Of a DNA stretch of 64,000 bases, positions 54,857 through 64,000 are shown in pieces. Origin of the DNA: a virus. The stretch spans positions 15,955 to 79,954 of IMG/VR virus record IMGVR_UViG_3300034418_012737; one strand, 5' to 3'. Under the pieces are notes generated by a model. It was not told the origin of the DNA. It ran no database searches and saw only the letters and a program-made list of their open reading frames with translations. The translations under genes were made by a program, and so were the position numbers. The number at the start of each line of letters is the position of its first letter. Positions within the stretch are counted from its first letter, which is position 1.

Positions 54857-56709
54857 TATATTAAATTTTCTATTAGTTTAAAGTATTTAGTAAATTTAGC
54901 AGAAGATTCTTCATGTAAAGGAAGTAAAGAAAATAATAAGCTAGCAGTAATAAGTTTTATATATTTGTTTTCTTCAGGGGTAAATTGGTTTTCAAAACAT
55001 TGTATAAAATCCCTAGTATACACATTATCTATTTCTATATCATTAAGAATAAAATCATATCCAATTAAAGACTGATAGATTTTAGCATAATCATAAAATA
55101 TATCTCCTTTTAAGCTAGGGGTTTCTCCTAACATCCCCCTCATATCTACAAATTTAATACTGTTTTTAGTTTTTATAATGTTAGTAAAAACAGGATCACC
55201 ATGAATTATACCAGGAACAGCAGTAGTGTAATTACTAAGTTTATCTTTTAAAACATCAAAAATAAGTTTTGATCCTAAAAATTTATTATATAATTCTATA
55301 TTATTATTGTATCTAGATATTAATTTAGGTACATAATTAGAATATATATCTCCTTGTTCCTCTACATGGGTCTTGCTTGTATGAATTTGGGCCATACTAT
55401 CTAATAGTGTATAAAAGGAATTCAGGGTTAAAGTTTTAGTAGTATACAAATATGAAAAACTTACCCCTTCTATATTCTCCATAGAAACAACATTATTTTT
55501 AATACTATTTACTTTGGGAAAATGAGGTTTTATTACTTCAGGAATATTTTTATACCAGTATAATTCCCCTGGGTTAGAAGTGGTTTTAACTACTGTATCT
55601 CCTTTATATTGGACTTCATTAAAGCTTCTAGAAGGGGTTAAAGTGTCAAAAATACCTATTCTTTGTTGGGGATTAATATAGGGATTAACTGCTAAATCAT
55701 CTATGTAAAAATTAGCATAGGGTTTACCAAAATAAATTTCATCGTAGGGTATACCAAATTTATCTAAAGTCTCAAATGTAACTTTAGATATATCTGCTAC
55801 TACCTTACCTACATTACCATGATGGGTTCTCATTCTTCGGGCAGTATAAATAATAATAGTATGCCCTAAATCCTTTAAAAATTTAAGTAATTTAATATTA
55901 CTTACTAAAGGTTCTACACTAGAATAATCCCCTTTTATTTTAGGATAACTAACTAAAGTATTATCTAAATCAAAACAAATTCTAAATTTTTCTGCAAGGG
56001 TTTTATTCCTAGTACAAAATATTTGGAGTTGGAGGGGGGTTCCCACACAATGAAAATCCTTAATACATTGCCCCACAATTTTAATATTATCTTTGAGCAT
56101 TTCTTTATAAACGTAAGAAGTATACAATTCACTACGTAAAGATAATATTTTTTCTATATAATTTTTTAATAAAGTCCCCGACTCAAAACCATAAGCTCCG
56201 GTGTTAGCATAATCCGATATTTTATTTTTTTCTTCTATACAAGTAACTGTGTTATTTTCTAGTCCTATATATGAAAATAAAGGTTCAGGTGAAGTATCTT
56301 TAAAATAAAAAATACAATTTTTATTTTTAGACTGTCTGTAATTTGATATTATATCTTCTTTGTAGAAAGTATCACAATCTAAAAGAAGAAACTCATTATC
56401 TAATTCTTTAATAGAAAGTTCATTTAGCCCTTTTAGTACAGTTTCAGCAGCACCTTTAGTTACTGAGGATAAGGGAATAAAGTTAATGTTTTTATCAGGG
56501 AAGTAAAAGTTTAGAAGGGATTTAAAGTTAAACTCTTCTAATTGGTTATTGTATACAATATGAAGAGTATCATCTTCATTAAGAGTTAGATTTTCAATAA
56601 CCCTACAAATCATAGGTTTTCCTAAAACATTAATTAAAGGTTTAGGATATAAAAATCCTTCATCTTTAAATCGTTGCCCGACCCCTCCTATTGGAATTAT
56701 TATATTCAT
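54856..56709 (-). CDS. Fusion: NTP transferase + HAD phosphatase (EcbF/BcbF-like) + APH/choline-kinase-like domain
   Basis: IIPIGG.GQRF...PKPLI; FDLDNTL..YTAR..FGKP..YIDD; HGDP..N..D.RG..YD.AK. Confidence 0.8.
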   Translation of the reverse strand: MNIIIPIGGVGQRFKDEGFLYPKPLINVLGKPMICRVIENLTLNEDDTLHIVYNNQLEEFNFKSLLNFYFPDKNINFIPLSSVTKGAAETVLKGLNELSIKELDNEFLLLDCDTFYKEDIISNYRQSKNKNCIFYFKDTSPEPLFSYIGLENNTVTCIEEKNKISDYANTGAYGFESGTLLKNYIEKILSLRSELYTSYVYKEMLKDNIKIVGQCIKDFHCVGTPLQLQIFCTRNKTLAEKFRICFDLDNTLVSYPKIKGDYSSVEPLVSNIKLLKFLKDLGHTIIIYTARRMRTHHGNVGKVVADISKVTFETLDKFGIPYDEIYFGKPYANFYIDDLAVNPYINPQQRIGIFDTLTPSRSFNEVQYKGDTVVKTTSNPGELYWYKNIPEVIKPHFPKVNSIKNNVVSMENIEGVSFSYLYTTKTLTLNSFYTLLDSMAQIHTSKTHVEEQGDIYSNYVPKLISRYNNNIELYNKFLGSKLIFDVLKDKLSNYTTAVPGIIHGDPVFTNIIKTKNSIKFVDMRGMLGETPSLKGDIFYDYAKIYQSLIGYDFILNDIEIDNVYTRDFIQCFENQFTPEENKYIKLITASLLFSLLPLHEESSAKFTKYFKLIENLI

Positions 56710-57332
56710 AATGTTTCATATAAAGCATTTTGTGCCTCTTGTCTTTCAATAGTTTTTGGGTGATGAAGGCAAAATTCATCATTAGCAGGAAGATGAGCAT
56801 AATCTTTATGACCTGTTAATACTTCATGTACTTTATTTTTCCATTTAATTCTTTTAACATTTTTAAGAATACGACATTGATAGTCAGGAAAATTAACTCT
56901 ATTTTTATTATTCATAACCCACCCCCATCTCTTAATATGTTCACTAGTTAGGCCTTCTACTAAATTAATACGAGGAACCCAAATAATATCTACTTTATTA
57001 TTACCTTCTATAATAGTAGGTAACATACTCATTAAATACTCTTCAGGATACTCATCAGCATCAATTTGAAAAATATAATCTCCTGTGCAATGGTTTTTTA
57101 GATTATTTTTAAAAGCGGCAAAATTACCATTTAAAGGGAATTCAACATGTGTGTAGGGCATGTTAAATTCAGCATATCCCTTTAATACTTCATAAACTGC
57201 CTGAGTGGTATTACCTTTATCACATTGTACTACAATTTCGTCTTCAGGTCTTTTGTGTTTAAATAAATAATCTAAAAGGCGTTTTAACTCTTCATGCTCA
57301 TTATGTACAGGTATAGCGTAACTTATTTTCAT
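56706..57332 (-). CDS. Glycosyltransferase family 2 (start likely MKISYAI)
   Basis: ISYAIPVHNE, QIDADE, PDYQ.R and VHE. Confidence 0.85.
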   Translation of the reverse strand: MKISYAIPVHNEHEELKRLLDYLFKHKRPEDEIVVQCDKGNTTQAVYEVLKGYAEFNMPYTHVEFPLNGNFAAFKNNLKNHCTGDYIFQIDADEYPEEYLMSMLPTIIEGNNKVDIIWVPRINLVEGLTSEHIKRWGWVMNNKNRVNFPDYQCRILKNVKRIKWKNKVHEVLTGHKDYAHLPANDEFCLHHPKTIERQEAQNALYETL

Positions 57333-57333
57333 T

Positions 57334-57798
57334 TTATTCTTTTTCAAACATCCCAATATAATCAAGAGCTTCTATAAAATCCCGTTCTTCAAAATGTTTT
57401 AAACTTTTCATATCCATCTTATTTTCATAAAATTCTCCAGAAGAACCTGGGATTGGGAAATTTTTTCTTTCTTCTTCAAGGATAGAAACAGATTTTATAG
57501 CAGCCCATTTCCAATCTTTTGTGCTAGTTCCATCTATATAAACCATACCTTTACTATTTAAATTTAATGTAGAGGGAATCCAATAATTTTTTTGATCATC
57601 CTGGTATGCTAAATCTTTATATAATTCTGGAAGTACTTCTAGTTGTTCTTCTAAGAATTCACTATCTTGTTTCATTAAAGTGTTTGTAGTAAATCCACAT
57701 CCATAACACATATAAACTTTATAGTCTGCTCCTAAATTATTTACATAACAAGCATCACTTTGACATCTATTACATATTGTTAACTCATCATTATTCAT
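57334..57798 (-). CDS. Zinc-ribbon hypothetical protein
   Basis: CxxC..C and CYGCG. Confidence 0.6.
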   Translation of the reverse strand: MNNDELTICNRCQSDACYVNNLGADYKVYMCYGCGFTTNTLMKQDSEFLEEQLEVLPELYKDLAYQDDQKNYWIPSTLNLNSKGMVYIDGTSTKDWKWAAIKSVSILEEERKNFPIPGSSGEFYENKMDMKSLKHFEERDFIEALDYIGMFEKE

Positions 57799-59102
57799 TG
57801 TGTTACTTTTTTAAGTTTAGGTAATTTAGGAGTATCAATTTTTTTAACTTTAGATAAATCTAATTCTACTTGTTTAGGAAAATTAGGAACATATTTACTT
57901 AAATAAGAATTAAGCTGTTCTACCATTTTAGCATAACTAAACTCAGTTTTTGATTTATTAGCTTGTTTAACAGCTTTTTCCTTATAATTTTTATAATTTA
58001 CATATACATCTTTCATAGCTACAGAAGCAGCCTCAGCATCTACACCAAACCATTGAAATTCCTCCATAATAATATTGGTAGACATTGCACTTTTATCAAC
58101 TTTATGTAATTCACCAGGTAATAATACAGAGTATTCTGATGAAAGGAAATCGGTATGTCCTGACCAATTTGTAGTAATAACTGGTTTTTTGGTAAGACTA
58201 AATTCAAGCATAGGTCTTCCAAAACCTTCACCTTTTGTTAAGCTAATTAAAGCTTTTACTTTTTTATGAGTATAAAGATGACTTATTTCTTCATCAGTAT
58301 AATCTCCATGTATTAAATATATATTAGGTAAAGTTTTAGCATTAGGGATACTATTACGGATAATATCTATTTTTTCTAAAATAGTTTGCCTATCTATTGC
58401 AGAGGCCCCACCTCCACTAGTTTTTAATATTAAAGCAGGAGTTTGTTTTTTATTTTTAAATGTTTCTAAGAAAATTTGAATCATATACCCAACATTTTTT
58501 CTATCATGACCTATATTCCCTTGCATCCAGTGTCCCATAAACAAATAAGCAAAATCTTCTTTTACTAAATCTAAATTAAAGTTAGAGACTTTAGGCTGGT
58601 ATAGAGAGGTATCAGCTCCTTCTATTAATACTTCTACAGGTTTTTTAATTTTAAGAGTTCCAGTTGGGGCATTAGTAGCTTTATCTACTTGTTGGAATTC
58701 TATTGCTTTAAGCACATTTGCACTATGTGTAGAAGAAGTTAATACTAAGTCCATTTTATTACATCCTTGAATCCAAGTGTGATGAACTCCAGTTGTTTCT
58801 ATTCCTGCAGTTAATCCTATATTAAATTTACCTACATTTTGGAATTCATTAGGAATTGTAATTTGGCACCACAATTCAGGTTGACGAGGGAGTTTATTAC
58901 CCATAGGTAATAAATGGGGAGTTAAAAACTGCCATTTTTTATGATCTCTTATAAATCCCCAAGGAGTTTCACCCCATCTTTGTGGGAGGATTTTTACATC
59001 ATATTTATCTGTTTCAATTAGGGCTTTAACAAAGTCCCTAGATCTAGCTCCATACCCACTATAAGTGTCTATGGGACAGCTTACTATAAATAAAGGTTTC
59101 AT
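57795..59102 (-). CDS. Glycosyltransferase family 4 (GT-B)
   Basis: SGYG..SR, RKNV and GEGFGRP.LEF...PVI.T.WSG. Confidence 0.85.
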   Translation of the reverse strand: MKPLFIVSCPIDTYSGYGARSRDFVKALIETDKYDVKILPQRWGETPWGFIRDHKKWQFLTPHLLPMGNKLPRQPELWCQITIPNEFQNVGKFNIGLTAGIETTGVHHTWIQGCNKMDLVLTSSTHSANVLKAIEFQQVDKATNAPTGTLKIKKPVEVLIEGADTSLYQPKVSNFNLDLVKEDFAYLFMGHWMQGNIGHDRKNVGYMIQIFLETFKNKKQTPALILKTSGGGASAIDRQTILEKIDIIRNSIPNAKTLPNIYLIHGDYTDEEISHLYTHKKVKALISLTKGEGFGRPMLEFSLTKKPVITTNWSGHTDFLSSEYSVLLPGELHKVDKSAMSTNIIMEEFQWFGVDAEAASVAMKDVYVNYKNYKEKAVKQANKSKTEFSYAKMVEQLNSYLSKYVPNFPKQVELDLSKVKKIDTPKLPKLKKVTQ

Positions 59103-60553
59103 TAGTAAATAAGTTTATGTTGTGTAACTTTTTTCTTTAAAGGTGTAATTTTTATTACGTGTTGTTGCGTTTGGGGTTTCCATGTATCGAACAATAAATC
59201 AAAATTTTCTATTACTCTTTCTGCTTGTTTTTTAGAAGTAAATCCTGCTTCTTCACCAATAGCCCATTCTCTTCCTATCTTTCCTTTAGCACGTCTTGCT
59301 TCTTCTCCCATTCCCCAAACTTGATACAACTGATTAGCGGCATCGCTAGGGTCACATCTATCGTCAAAAATGTAAGGGGTAGGAGGAGAACCTTGAATAG
59401 ATCTGCTTACAGGGAATACTGGGAAAGCCCATTCTCCACATTTAGTTAATTTTTTAGTGTGATTAGAAGGAAGCTCTCGGGAAGGTGTAAACCATTTTCC
59501 TTTTTTATCTTCAAAACGCATTTGATCTTGCATTCCCCCAGTAACATTAGCTACAATAGGATTACCTACAAGCATAGCTTCTGTTAAACTTAAACCCCAC
59601 CCCTCATTAGAGGTTAATAATATTTGCACATCAGTAGAATTATACAATAAATTCATTTCCTCTGTGCTATATTTTTTAGGGGTAAAAATAACATTATATT
59701 TTTCATCATCCCCACATAGCATTTCTACTACTTTTAATAAATCAGTACCATTAGGATCTACTTGTTGAGTGTGTAAAACTAAAGCACACTTTTTAGCTTG
59801 TTTAGTATCTAACTTATCTACAAATTGTTTATAGGCCCAAATAGTATCGGGGGCTTGTTTTCTTCTAATATTTCTAGAATTAAATAAAACTGCAAATTCT
59901 ATTTCTTTATCTCCATAAAGGGATTTTTTAAAAGTTTGTAATTCTATGTCTGTTTTATCTAAGGGTTTAAATATTTCGTGATTTAAACCATGGGGGACAT
60001 ATGAAATAATTTTATTTTTTGCTTTTTCTCCTAATACTAGTTTATTAATATTAACAGTTTGTTTAGAAATACCCATTAATAAATCACAGGATTCATAAAA
60101 AGCTTCATTATATCTAGGAGCAGGATAATCATCCCAAATATTTAGATAAGCTATAGGAATATTTCTTCTAATTTCATTTTCAATTTGAAACAACCAAACC
60201 CAGTATCTAGGATCAGTTATAATAAAAATAGCATCGGGTTTTTCTTCTTGCATTATTTGTCTAACCATAGTAGGATTTCCATATCCCGAACTAGGATATA
60301 TTTTAACTGAAGCATCTTCTATTCCTACTATTTTTTGAGTATCGGCACTAATATCTAATCTTTGCCCCGCCTCTGGGTGTTGTATGGCTGCTCCTATTTG
60401 TACCCAATTAAAGTGGTGGCAAGTGTGGATAACTATTTCTTTAGCAACTGTTGCAATCCCCGAATGTGTTCTAATATCATCGCACATCAACAGAATTTTT
60501 TTCCGTTGGTCTTTTGGAATATAACCTTTTTTCATTTTTGTTTTTTTATACAA
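59102..60553 (-). CDS. Glycosyltransferase family 4 (GT-B)
   Basis: VPHG, RNIRRK and NEGWGLS..EA...G.P......GG. Confidence 0.85.
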   Translation of the reverse strand: MYKKTKMKKGYIPKDQRKKILLMCDDIRTHSGIATVAKEIVIHTCHHFNWVQIGAAIQHPEAGQRLDISADTQKIVGIEDASVKIYPSSGYGNPTMVRQIMQEEKPDAIFIITDPRYWVWLFQIENEIRRNIPIAYLNIWDDYPAPRYNEAFYESCDLLMGISKQTVNINKLVLGEKAKNKIISYVPHGLNHEIFKPLDKTDIELQTFKKSLYGDKEIEFAVLFNSRNIRRKQAPDTIWAYKQFVDKLDTKQAKKCALVLHTQQVDPNGTDLLKVVEMLCGDDEKYNVIFTPKKYSTEEMNLLYNSTDVQILLTSNEGWGLSLTEAMLVGNPIVANVTGGMQDQMRFEDKKGKWFTPSRELPSNHTKKLTKCGEWAFPVFPVSRSIQGSPPTPYIFDDRCDPSDAANQLYQVWGMGEEARRAKGKIGREWAIGEEAGFTSKKQAERVIENFDLLFDTWKPQTQQHVIKITPLKKKVTQHKLIY

Positions 60554-60564
60554 AGTTTATGTCA

Positions 60565-61194
60565 TTATTTAACAGGAATTGGCGTACCCACAGGATATGG
60601 GAAACCTTCTTTGGCTGCGGTAACAGAAGTCATACCTGTTTTTACTGGAATAGCTGTACGTAGTGGTACTGCAGCCTCGTTTAATGGACCATAGCACTTG
60701 GATAAAATAATACCGTTGTCAAGGGTATCAATGATGTCACAAGGCATTGCAAACATATTACTCATACTTGTGTTTGGTGAATTAGTATTTACAATAAACT
60801 TACGATTAATGGGTGGCAACCACTCCCATCCATTAGTTTCAGGATTAAATTGTGGTACAGTATCATTTGTCCCAAAGAACCAAAAGAAGGACCATGTGGT
60901 TCCATCAGTTCCGTCAGGAGTTTGTTGGTTTTCGGTGACGTTAAATTCACCCCAAGTTCCACCTGAACCTTCCATAGCTAAGTTAGAGATTGATAGTCCG
61001 TCCATAACAGGACAAATTGCGCAACCTTCATCAAATTCAGTTCCTTGTACAGTTATTTTTTTACCTGTAGGTACCGCACCCGATGCACCACAGAAAGAGA
61101 ATGAACCTTCATGTATAACTAATACTTCTTCAGGTTCGGGGCAACATCCAAATAAGAATGTAATTGGCAATAGGGATAATAATAGTTTTTTCAT
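60565..61194 (-). CDS. Putative Cys-containing lipoprotein
   Basis: MKKLLLSLLPITFLFG-C. Confidence 0.6.
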   Translation of the reverse strand: MKKLLLSLLPITFLFGCCPEPEEVLVIHEGSFSFCGASGAVPTGKKITVQGTEFDEGCAICPVMDGLSISNLAMEGSGGTWGEFNVTENQQTPDGTDGTTWSFFWFFGTNDTVPQFNPETNGWEWLPPINRKFIVNTNSPNTSMSNMFAMPCDIIDTLDNGIILSKCYGPLNEAAVPLRTAIPVKTGMTSVTAAKEGFPYPVGTPIPVK

Positions 61195-61197
61195 TTT

Positions 61198-61383
61198 TTA
61201 TAAATCTAAATTGTTGTGATTGTGGATTTGACGTTTAAAATCTTCATCAGTAAGATATAAATGAACACAGCGGTCAGCAAGTTTTTGAAACGAAAACTTA
61301 TGTCTAACACATGCTACTTTAAATTCTTCAAATAAATCACTTTGGATTTTTACGCTTGTTAATGTTAAATCTTTTTTACTCAT
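61198..61383 (-). CDS. Ribbon-helix-helix DNA-binding protein (start corrected to MSKK)
   Basis: LTSVKI..DLFEEFK..C......QKL..R...LY. Confidence 0.65.
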   Translation of the reverse strand: MSKKDLTLTSVKIQSDLFEEFKVACVRHKFSFQKLADRCVHLYLTDEDFKRQIHNHNNLDL

Positions 61384-61412
61384 AATATATTTTGATATAA
61401 ATATTCGCAAAA

Positions 61413-62348
61413 TTAGGGAGATACATGTTTATTACATAGTTCTTTATTATCATTAAAAGGACACCATTCACATAGTTTTGATACTATTTTAGGGTGTTCT
61501 TTGTCTTGGTGTTTACCTTTAGGGGTAAAACATTCAGTAATAAATTCCTCTAGTATGCGATCTGCTTTTTTAAGTTTGTTTCTACCTGCAGCAGGTCTAT
61601 GTTGTTGTACTCTATAGATTGGGTAATCACTATTTTCCCATATTTTTCTACGTACAATAAAAAATTCCACTTCTATGTTTTCAAGTGGAATTCCATATTG
61701 TTCATTAAAGAATTTTTTGTAAAGTACAAGCTGCATTTGCTTGTTTTCGTCTTTTTTAGCGGTATCATTCCATCCCCTAGTAGACGTTTTTATATCGTAT
61801 ACATAAAATTTGTTTGTGGGTTCATGATATAATACGAGATCAATAAAACCCTTGTACACTAAATTTCTACCAACGTTCATTACAATTGGTAACTCAATAC
61901 CTGCAAGATGCCAACCACGGTTACCAAAGTATTGTTTACGTTTTTTTTTAAGAAATTCAAGTATAGCTACACCATCTTCAAAAAACTCTCGTAATTCCTC
62001 TGGGGATGAGTAGTGAGTATCTTTATTTTGTTTGTATCCTTCTTTGTATAGGCCTATAAATTTTTCTTGGAATAATTCCTCTAAATTCATAGCATCTGCT
62101 TTTACTCCTGATTGTTCATACAATACCGTAAGCCAATCTTGGATCACTTCATGCATAGCAGTACCAAAGGTAAAATGAATGGATTGTTCATTTTGGTAGT
62201 GTCCGTCTTTATACTGGAGTGCCCACTTGTGTGGGCAACTCCTATACATGGACATTTGGGAGTAAGAAATTGTCTTTTGGTAAGCGTAATTTACCTCAGG
62301 TAATTCCTTATTTTGTATCTCCTTAAGTATTTGGGGCTTCTTTGCCAT
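61413..62348 (-). CDS. PD-(D/E)XK (RecB/Cas4-like) exonuclease
   Basis: SYSQ.....CP, FGTAMHE, GFIDL...DIKTS, Q...Y and C.WC.....C. Confidence 0.85.
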   Translation of the reverse strand: MAKKPQILKEIQNKELPEVNYAYQKTISYSQMSMYRSCPHKWALQYKDGHYQNEQSIHFTFGTAMHEVIQDWLTVLYEQSGVKADAMNLEELFQEKFIGLYKEGYKQNKDTHYSSPEELREFFEDGVAILEFLKKKRKQYFGNRGWHLAGIELPIVMNVGRNLVYKGFIDLVLYHEPTNKFYVYDIKTSTRGWNDTAKKDENKQMQLVLYKKFFNEQYGIPLENIEVEFFIVRRKIWENSDYPIYRVQQHRPAAGRNKLKKADRILEEFITECFTPKGKHQDKEHPKIVSKLCEWCPFNDNKELCNKHVSP

Positions 62349-62523
62349 ATATTTTTTCTAATTTTTCTAAATAAAGTATGGCATCCATTAACTCTTCTTT
62401 CATATGAGTAATCCATTCTGGGAATTGTAGGTCCTCTCGGTCCATATTAACTCCATATTTTTGCTCACCCATTTTGGAACGGGTTTCAAATTGTTTAATT
62501 ACTGAAGTGACTATGCTGTCCAT
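62323..62523 (-). CDS. Small all-alpha NTP-pyrophosphatase-like protein
   Basis: G..KYG...DR.DL...W..H..EELMDAILY. Confidence 0.55.
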   Translation of the reverse strand: MDSIVTSVIKQFETRSKMGEQKYGVNMDREDLQFPEWITHMKEELMDAILYLEKLEKIYGKEAPNT

Positions 62524-62933
62524 TATTTAAATAATTCTTTGATTTCGTCTTTTTGTAAGCCCTGTTGTTGGAGTGCTTCCTTAATATATTTTTTATCAAG
62601 TATGTCTACCCAATCAGCTGCTTGTTTGGTAGAAACCTCATATAAAGAAGCAATTGTATCTAATAATTTTTTACTAGGTTGTTTCATTTTAGGTTTAATA
62701 TATTTTAACCAAACATTTTGTTTAGGGAGTAAACCACAATACACTGTATAATATTTCTTCTTATCAGTATAAGGTATGGTTTGGACATAATTTACCAACT
62801 CAACAAAGGGTTGGTGCATAGATAAAAAACGATTAACCATATAGGGATTAAAGGACTCCCTCTCTTTGTCCGAGAAGGAGTCCCAATCTCGTTTTTTACC
62901 TGTTAACTCTTTGAGCCAATCAAAAAGTGTCAT
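62523..62933 (-). CDS. Clamp loader small subunit, T4 gp62-like
   Basis: FDWLK.....K...FNPYMVNRFLS. Confidence 0.7.
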   Translation of the reverse strand: MTLFDWLKELTGKKRDWDSFSDKERESFNPYMVNRFLSMHQPFVELVNYVQTIPYTDKKKYYTVYCGLLPKQNVWLKYIKPKMKQPSKKLLDTIASLYEVSTKQAADWVDILDKKYIKEALQQQGLQKDEIKELFK

Positions 62934-63147
62934 ACTCGTCTCTCAATTCAGGTGGGAGAGTTTCCGAGTAAATTTTTCCTGTAGCCCCGTCATAAAATAC
63001 TGGGATAGGGAGGACAGCATCCTCACCACCTGTAATGAAACGGGATACTTTACGCAAGATAAATCCTTGCTTAAATATTTGATCCCCAGATTCAGTGGTG
63101 ATTGAGGTAGTTTTGCTCAAATCAAGTTGTGGTTGTTGAGCTGTCAT
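62920..63147 (-). CDS. Hypothetical protein
   Basis: F.QG..LRKVSRF..G..D...PIPVF. Confidence 0.6.
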   Translation of the reverse strand: MTAQQPQLDLSKTTSITTESGDQIFKQGFILRKVSRFITGGEDAVLPIPVFYDGATGKIYSETLPPELRDEYDTF

Positions 63148-63323
63148 TTCTGATTTCTTCATAATTTATTGTTTTAATTTCGTTACAAAAGTAATATAAT
63201 TCTTCTTTTTTAAGCACAGTATCACAGTGCCAATATTTTTTTAATAAGTTGGGATCTAATTTATCAGTAACCTTAGCGGTACGATACAATAGAAACATTC
63301 GTTCTCCAAATTCAAATATGTTT

Positions 63324-63956
63324 TTATATAACATTTAATAAGTATTTACCTACTTCAATATTTACTAAATGAAGAGCTTCGGTACGATTTTGTTCTAACC
63401 ATTCGTAAGTTAACTTATTGGGGAATTTAAATGTAGGGCCTTTAGGAAGATTTGAATTTATTACTCCTAGCCCACAATCTGTATTGATGGTAATGCATCC
63501 TATATCAAAATTGTTTCGAAATTTTACAATACTTTTCCACACATCACCATGCCAATATGATTGTATTCTAGGTACAATTTGGGATTCTTTACTTAAAGGA
63601 TTACAATCGTGTAGTATGATACTTCCTTCTTTATTTAAATATTTTAAAGAATTTTGTATATCTTTATCAACTTGGTCTGAGTGGTGAAGCCCATCTATGA
63701 AAATAATATCATATTTTTCTAATGAAGGTGCGTATTTTTTAAAAAAATTATCTGAGGTTATGGGGTAGGTTACTTCTACTTTAAAACTATTATTTCCCCC
63801 ATGACTTGTAGCATTATCATCAGATCCAGGATCTACTCCATCTTTGTGGGCACATTGGATTTGATTAAAACACCACCCATTATCTACTCCTATTTCTAAA
63901 TACCTTTGGTAATTGTGTTTTTGTATAAGTTTATTAATTAATTCTACTCGGTTCAT
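63324..63956 (-). CDS. Class I SAM-dependent methyltransferase (Methyltransf_24-like)
   Basis: YLEIGV..G, GVDP, DIIFIDGLH and ILHDC. Confidence 0.85.
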   Translation of the reverse strand: MNRVELINKLIQKHNYQRYLEIGVDNGWCFNQIQCAHKDGVDPGSDDNATSHGGNNSFKVEVTYPITSDNFFKKYAPSLEKYDIIFIDGLHHSDQVDKDIQNSLKYLNKEGSIILHDCNPLSKESQIVPRIQSYWHGDVWKSIVKFRNNFDIGCITINTDCGLGVINSNLPKGPTFKFPNKLTYEWLEQNRTEALHLVNIEVGKYLLNVI

Positions 63957-64000
63957 TTTAAAATAATTTTACCAGAGATTTCAAGTAGTTTAGAAATACA

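Noticed and set aside
2345-63687. Plus-strand ORFs in the track (e.g. 2345-2956, 15641-16036, 16196-16696, 60698-61219)
   Set aside because: They are antisense shadows of well-supported minus-strand genes or repeats, with no recognisable motifs
1-64000. Stop-codon reassignment
   Set aside because: Genes are full length and densely packed under the standard bacterial code, and no suppressor tRNA is seen

Overview
This is a 64-kb segment of a large, AT-rich tailed-phage genome with T4-like (myovirus) baseplate genes. Essentially all genes lie on the minus strand. A Bacteroidota host is inferred from TTTG-N20-TAnnTT promoter cores and a PID-CTERM-like motif. In + strand order: (1) 1-7.8 kb, baseplate genes (gp6-, gp25- and gp5-like), a gp55-like sigma factor, an HD protein and a YkuK-type RNase H; (2) 7.8-9.4 kb, tRNA-Ser and a DUF932 unit; (3) 9.4-17 kb, a sulfotransferase, a GT9-like enzyme and two Gly/Cys-rich repeat fibres; (4) 18-22.5 kb, six tandem genes sharing an N-terminal MKELxxFRKFLxE peptide (probable capsid-targeting signal); (5) 22.7 kb, a GC-rich palindrome island; (6) 22.9-41 kb, an accessory region of small genes punctuated by a repeated promoter cassette (GTCAT-N6-GTCAT...TTCGTATATTCA), with 10 copies here and an 11th at 9.3 kb; (7) 38.5-40.7 kb, a tRNA cluster in which every tRNA has U34, including Ile-UAU, with two unannotated structured RNAs between tRNAs; (8) 44.6-60.6 kb, a glycosylation cluster with an unusual RfbH + ThDP enzyme + PanB combination; (9) 61-64 kb, replication/recombination genes. 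The best candidates for undescribed biology are the circularly permuted tmRNA-like RNA (39.6-39.84 kb), the neighbouring ~349-nt RNA, the Pho-box-like promoter cassette regulon, the array of putative injected proteins and the branched-sugar pathway. All calls come from reading motifs by eye; no database searches or folding programs were run.
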